Source: an uncultured Acidobacteriota bacterium
GTDB taxonomy: Bacteria > Acidobacteriota > UBA6911
NCBI GenBank assembly: GCA_963809485.1
Contig: CAWEJX010000009.1
Location: 1-64,000, forward strand
Reading direction: 5' to 3'
DNA: 64,000 nucleotides
In this document: positions 60,230 to 64,000 of the stretch, piece after piece
Layout of the letters: each line of letters begins with the position of its first letter
Numbering within the stretch: the first letter of the stretch is position 1
Program-made: the position numbers and the translations under genes
The notes under the pieces: generated by a model
Seen by the model: the letters and a program-made list of their open reading frames with translations, nothing else
Database searches by the model: none
What the model was told of the DNA's origin: nothing

Positions 60230-60449
60230 CAGTGTTTATCCTCTTGGTTTTACCGGACCCGGGAATAAAAAAATCCAGGATTTGTCAAACTCGTACTGCC
60301 TCCCCGGCATATCCGTGGGATCTCCCAACGCATTATTAGGCGGGATAGCTCCCGCTGGAGAGTCCTATTCCAAGGCATAATCCGGCCTGGGTTTTTTGCT
60401 GCGACAGCTCATCGCACGGCCTTGATCCGCGGTCCAGGGCCGTGGCGCT

Positions 60450-61565
60450 TCAAAACCCAAGGTCGTGGCCGGTGATGTTGAGCTCGGTGCGCAGAGTGCG
60501 CAAAGCTCTCTGAAGATTGGGCCCGATTTTCACACCGTCCCGCATCACCTGCAGCTCGTTGTAGTAGGCCTTTTCCCCTGCCGTATAAATTTTCATTTCC
60601 ACGGAGCCTTTGCCATATCGGCGCAACTCGCGCAGAATGCTTCCGGCCGTTTTACGGAAACGCTCCAGGGGAACGAACTTTTCAATATTAATCGCCATGA
60701 AGAAATGCCCGATGCGCGAAGGATGCGGATTCCCGGCATGATCCCTGTCATGCAGCTCGGAAAGAAACGCCCCGTCCTGGAGAGCCGCGCAAAGAATCTC
60801 GACTACCGTCGCCAGACCGTAGCCTTTATGCCCTCCCATCAGTTCCCCGATGCCGCCGAGCGGCAGCAGCGCGGCTTTGCCCTTGTTCATTTCCTCGATC
60901 AGCTCGTTGCTTTCGGTCGCCAGCGTTCCGTCCGGTTTGATGACCCACCCTTCCGGGATGGGCCTGCCCGTGCGCTCCGCAATTTCGATTTTGCCGCGCG
61001 GGGCAATGGAAGTGGCGGCATCGAAGTTGAACGGGAACTCCTCGTCCGTCGGAGCACTGAATGCGATCGGATTGGTGCCCAGCAACGGCTTCACCCCGAA
61101 GGTCGGCGCGATGGACGGGTGTGCGTTGGTGAAACTCATCCCGATCATCCCTTCCCTGGCGGCCATCCGCGTGTAATAGCCAGCAATCCCGAAATGACTC
61201 GAGTTTCGGACGGCGACGGCTCCCAGTCCGTTTACATGGGCCTTGTCGATTGCGATCTTCATTGCATGGTAGCCCACTACCATCCCCATGCCGTTGGCCC
61301 CGTCCATAACGGCGGTCGTGGGAGACTCCTGCGCGAGAGTCCAGCAGGTGGTGGGTTGCTGCAACCCTGCTTTGATGCGCTGATAATACATCTTGAGATG
61401 GGCGAGACCGTGCGATCGCACTCCGTAAATGTCGGATGCAAGGATCACATCCGCGGTGATTTCCGCATCGGCGCGCGGCACCCCCATTTTGAGAAGCGCG
61501 TCGATCGCAAAATCGGTCAGCTGTTTCACCGGCACATACACGCCAGCATCTGCCATAATCGTCAC
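60450..61565 (-). CDS. Ldh-2/malate-L-lactate dehydrogenase family (AllD/ComC-like) oxidoreductase
   Basis: GVRSHG, DGANGMG, RNSSHFGIAGYY, LGTNPIAF, DAATS, GGHKGYGL. Confidence 0.92.
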   Translation of the reverse strand: MTIMADAGVYVPVKQLTDFAIDALLKMGVPRADAEITADVILASDIYGVRSHGLAHLKMYYQRIKAGLQQPTTCWTLAQESPTTAVMDGANGMGMVVGYHAMKIAIDKAHVNGLGAVAVRNSSHFGIAGYYTRMAAREGMIGMSFTNAHPSIAPTFGVKPLLGTNPIAFSAPTDEEFPFNFDAATSIAPRGKIEIAERTGRPIPEGWVIKPDGTLATESNELIEEMNKGKAALLPLGGIGELMGGHKGYGLATVVEILCAALQDGAFLSELHDRDHAGNPHPSRIGHFFMAINIEKFVPLERFRKTAGSILRELRRYGKGSVEMKIYTAGEKAYYNELQVMRDGVKIGPNLQRALRTLRTELNITGHDLGF

Positions 61566-61591
61566 TCCATGGATTGAAGCTTTTTGTCGCC

Positions 61592-62974
61592 TTAGTCTTT
61601 AAACATTTTGCCCGGGTTCAGGATATTCATCGGGTCCAGCGCCTGCTTGATGCGGCGCTGCACATCCACCGATACCGGCCCGAGCGCCTGCTCAAAATAC
61701 GGACGTTTGAGGACGCCGACTCCGTGCTCACCCGAAAGAGTCCCGCCCAGGGCGAGCGCGGCGCCGAAGATCTCTTTCACCATCTGCTCGACCTTCTCCC
61801 ATTCTTCGGGCCTGCGTTTGTCAAACAGGATGTTCGGATGTAGATTCCCATCTCCGGCGTGGCCGAAAATCACGATCGGCAGGCCGTATTTGGCGCTGAT
61901 CGCCCGCAAACGCTGAACGACCTCGGGGATGGCGCTCCGGGGCACCGTTATGTCTTCTCCCAGCTTGTTCGGCGCCTTGCGCGCCAGCGAGGGGGAAATG
62001 GAGCGGCGCGCTTTCCACAGCCCGGCTCGTTCCGCCTCGGTGGCTGCAACCTTGACCGACCTGGCTCCGGTTTCCCTGCAGATACGGCCGGCGGCTTCAA
62101 TTTCGCGTTGAACGGTCTGCTCGTCCGAGCCGTCCGTTTCGATGATGAGCGACGCTTCCACGTCCGTCGGCAGCCCGAGGTGCATCGCCTCCTCGATGCA
62201 GGCGATCGCGGTCTGATCCATCAATTCCAGGGAAGCCGGCACAATGCCTTCCGCGAGGATTGCATTGACCGAGCGCGAAGCATTGGCGAGGGAAGCGAAT
62301 TCGGCCAGCGCGGTTTTTGTGTAACGCGGCCGCGCGACGAGTCTCAGGAGCGCCTCGGTGATCAGCCCGAGCGTCCCTTCGGATGACGTAAATAGCCCGT
62401 TCAGGTTGTAGCCGGTTACATCCTTGATCGGCTTGCCTCCGGTCCTGAGGATCCTGCCGTCGGCGAGCACGACGGTCAGGCCGAGGACATAATTCCCTGT
62501 GACGCCATATTTCAGGCAACGCGGCCCGCCCGCATTGCAGGCGATATTGCCCCCGATCGTGGAATGCCGGATGCTGGAAGGATCGGGCGGATAAAAAAGC
62601 CCGAGTTTCTCCACCTCGACCTGAAGGTCTGCCGTGACCACACCGGCCTGAGCCCGCACGACCGAGTTTTTCATGTCGATCTCGAGAATGCGGTTCATGC
62701 GGGAAAAGGATACGACAATTCCGCCGCTTTGAACCGGGATGGACCCCGCTGCCAGCCCGGATCCCATACCGCGCGCAACCAGTGGAATTTTCGCCGCCGC
62801 GGCTATCCGGACTACTGCAGCGGTCTGCTCCGTCGTCTGCGGCAAAACGACGACCTCGGGCGTGCCTTCGGCGAAAGTACCGTCATAGCTGTAAACGGCC
62901 AGGTCCTCCGCTGTGCAAAGCACGCCGTCCTTTCCCGCGGCCCGCATAAGATCTTCAAGGATTCTATTTTCCAT
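61592..62974 (-). CDS. glcD: FAD-linked oxidase, glycolate/D-lactate dehydrogenase GlcD-like subunit
   Basis: FYPPDPSS, TIGGNIACNAGG..CLKYG, SEGTLG, GHAGDGNLH, SGEHGVG, DPMNILNPGK. Confidence 0.88.
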   Translation of the reverse strand: MENRILEDLMRAAGKDGVLCTAEDLAVYSYDGTFAEGTPEVVVLPQTTEQTAAVVRIAAAAKIPLVARGMGSGLAAGSIPVQSGGIVVSFSRMNRILEIDMKNSVVRAQAGVVTADLQVEVEKLGLFYPPDPSSIRHSTIGGNIACNAGGPRCLKYGVTGNYVLGLTVVLADGRILRTGGKPIKDVTGYNLNGLFTSSEGTLGLITEALLRLVARPRYTKTALAEFASLANASRSVNAILAEGIVPASLELMDQTAIACIEEAMHLGLPTDVEASLIIETDGSDEQTVQREIEAAGRICRETGARSVKVAATEAERAGLWKARRSISPSLARKAPNKLGEDITVPRSAIPEVVQRLRAISAKYGLPIVIFGHAGDGNLHPNILFDKRRPEEWEKVEQMVKEIFGAALALGGTLSGEHGVGVLKRPYFEQALGPVSVDVQRRIKQALDPMNILNPGKMFKD

Positions 62975-64000
62975 CGGCGCCCCCGTAAGCTTCATCCAGC
63001 AAAGTCACCGGGTGCACCACGCGCACGGGCAACCCGCGCCTTTTCAGTCCCGTATTGAGCTGCATCTGGCAGCCCGGGCATCCGGAAGCGAGGATGCGCG
63101 CCTCTGTTTGGGCGACGTTGTCGATTTTCCGGCCCAGGACCCTGGTGGATGTTTCGTAATGAGTGATAAGCTGGCTCCCTGCCGAGCCGCAGCACCAGTC
63201 CGCTTCCGGCAGTTCGACAAATTCCAGACCGTCGATCATCGACAGGAGCTTCCTCGGCTCTTTCCACACCTGCTGCCCGCGTCGAAGATGGCACGGATCA
63301 TGATAGGTGACCCTGGCCTCGATGCGACGGGGAGGCTTGCGCAGCGGGATCTGCGAAAGGAATTCGCTGATGTCCCGCACCTTCCGGCTAAAAGCTTCGG
63401 CACGAGCAGCCCATTCCGGATCCTCCTTCAGGAGCGAACCGTATTCCTTCAGCGTGGAACCGCAGGTTGCGCAATCGGTGACGACATAATCCACGTTGCA
63501 CCGCTCGAAGACCTCTATGTTGTGCCGAGCCTGGCTTTCTACGAGATCCATGCGTCCGTATCCCTTGGCAGGCATGCCGCAGCATTCGATCTCCCTGGGA
63601 GTGATCACGGTGCACCCGTTGCGGGCCAGCACGCGCAGCGTGGCGGCGCTTTGGTCCGCGAACAGGAGGCTTTGCGCGCAGCCGAGAAAAAAACCGACCC
63701 GGTAGCGAGTCTCGCCGAAGGCTTCCGTTTTTTCGGGAAGGATGCGCCGCAGCGGACGTTGAGGAATGCGCGGGAGCATCGCTTCGAGATCGCGGATGCG
63801 CGAGGGCAGGAGCCGGTTTAGTCCCAGCATATAGAAGAGACGACGGATCCCAAGTTTCTCGTATAGACGAAGCGGCAATGTGGCGGCCTCCATGCGTCCT
63901 GCATGCGAGATCAGGCCGCCGAACAGCCACTGTTTCCACTTCGCGGGGCGGATCTGCTCCTGTACGTGGCGCATTGACAGCGCAAGGTCCGCCGGGTGAA
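62964..64000 (-). CDS. glcF: GlcF-like Fe-S subunit (CCG domains), 5' end outside the window
   Basis: FFLGC, ECCGMP, DCATCG, YHDPCHL, WCCGSAG, GCPGCQMQL. Confidence 0.85.
   Translation of the reverse strand, partial: HPADLALSMRHVQEQIRPAKWKQWLFGGLISHAGRMEAATLPLRLYEKLGIRRLFYMLGLNRLLPSRIRDLEAMLPRIPQRPLRRILPEKTEAFGETRYRVGFFLGCAQSLLFADQSAATLRVLARNGCTVITPREIECCGMPAKGYGRMDLVESQARHNIEVFERCNVDYVVTDCATCGSTLKEYGSLLKEDPEWAARAEAFSRKVRDISEFLSQIPLRKPPRRIEARVTYHDPCHLRRGQQVWKEPRKLLSMIDGLEFVELPEADWCCGSAGSQLITHYETSTRVLGRKIDNVAQTEARILASGCPGCQMQLNTGLKRRGLPVRVVHPVTLLDEAYGGADGK

Overview
A 64-kb chromosomal segment from a moderately GC-rich, probably anaerobic bacterium; the gene style suggests Acidobacteriota, but this is inference only. 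It holds mostly metabolic and envelope genes: a CheB/CheR fusion with a multi-PAS hybrid kinase, sppA, leuB, an ABC1 kinase, ppx, a tetraheme cytochrome c, cupins, transporters, an Old Yellow Enzyme, carboxyltransferase plus biotin carrier, an AOR-MoaD-E1alpha/beta-CoA transferase block, adenine deaminase and glcDF-like genes. No rRNA, tRNA or CRISPR array was seen. Two signals are missed by the ORF track. (1) Three genes are split by in-frame TGA codons that fall at catalytic or conserved Cys positions, and each TGA is followed 17-21 nt later by a SECIS-like hairpin. They are a signal-peptide-bearing UGSC/GrdB-like protein (U-D-S-C), a DUF1573 protein (S-U-A-C) behind a tetraheme cytochrome, and a CoA-disulfide reductase/NADH oxidase (STAA-U-PMPYY). 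(2) There are four copies of a transposase-less IS200/IS605-type element. Its end hairpins predict a TAAT target, every copy lies co-oriented 45-200 bp upstream of a gene, and three follow -10-box-like hexamers; three copies carry a large cruciform cargo. Several single-base frameshifts (cheBR, leuB, UGSC gene) look like assembly errors.
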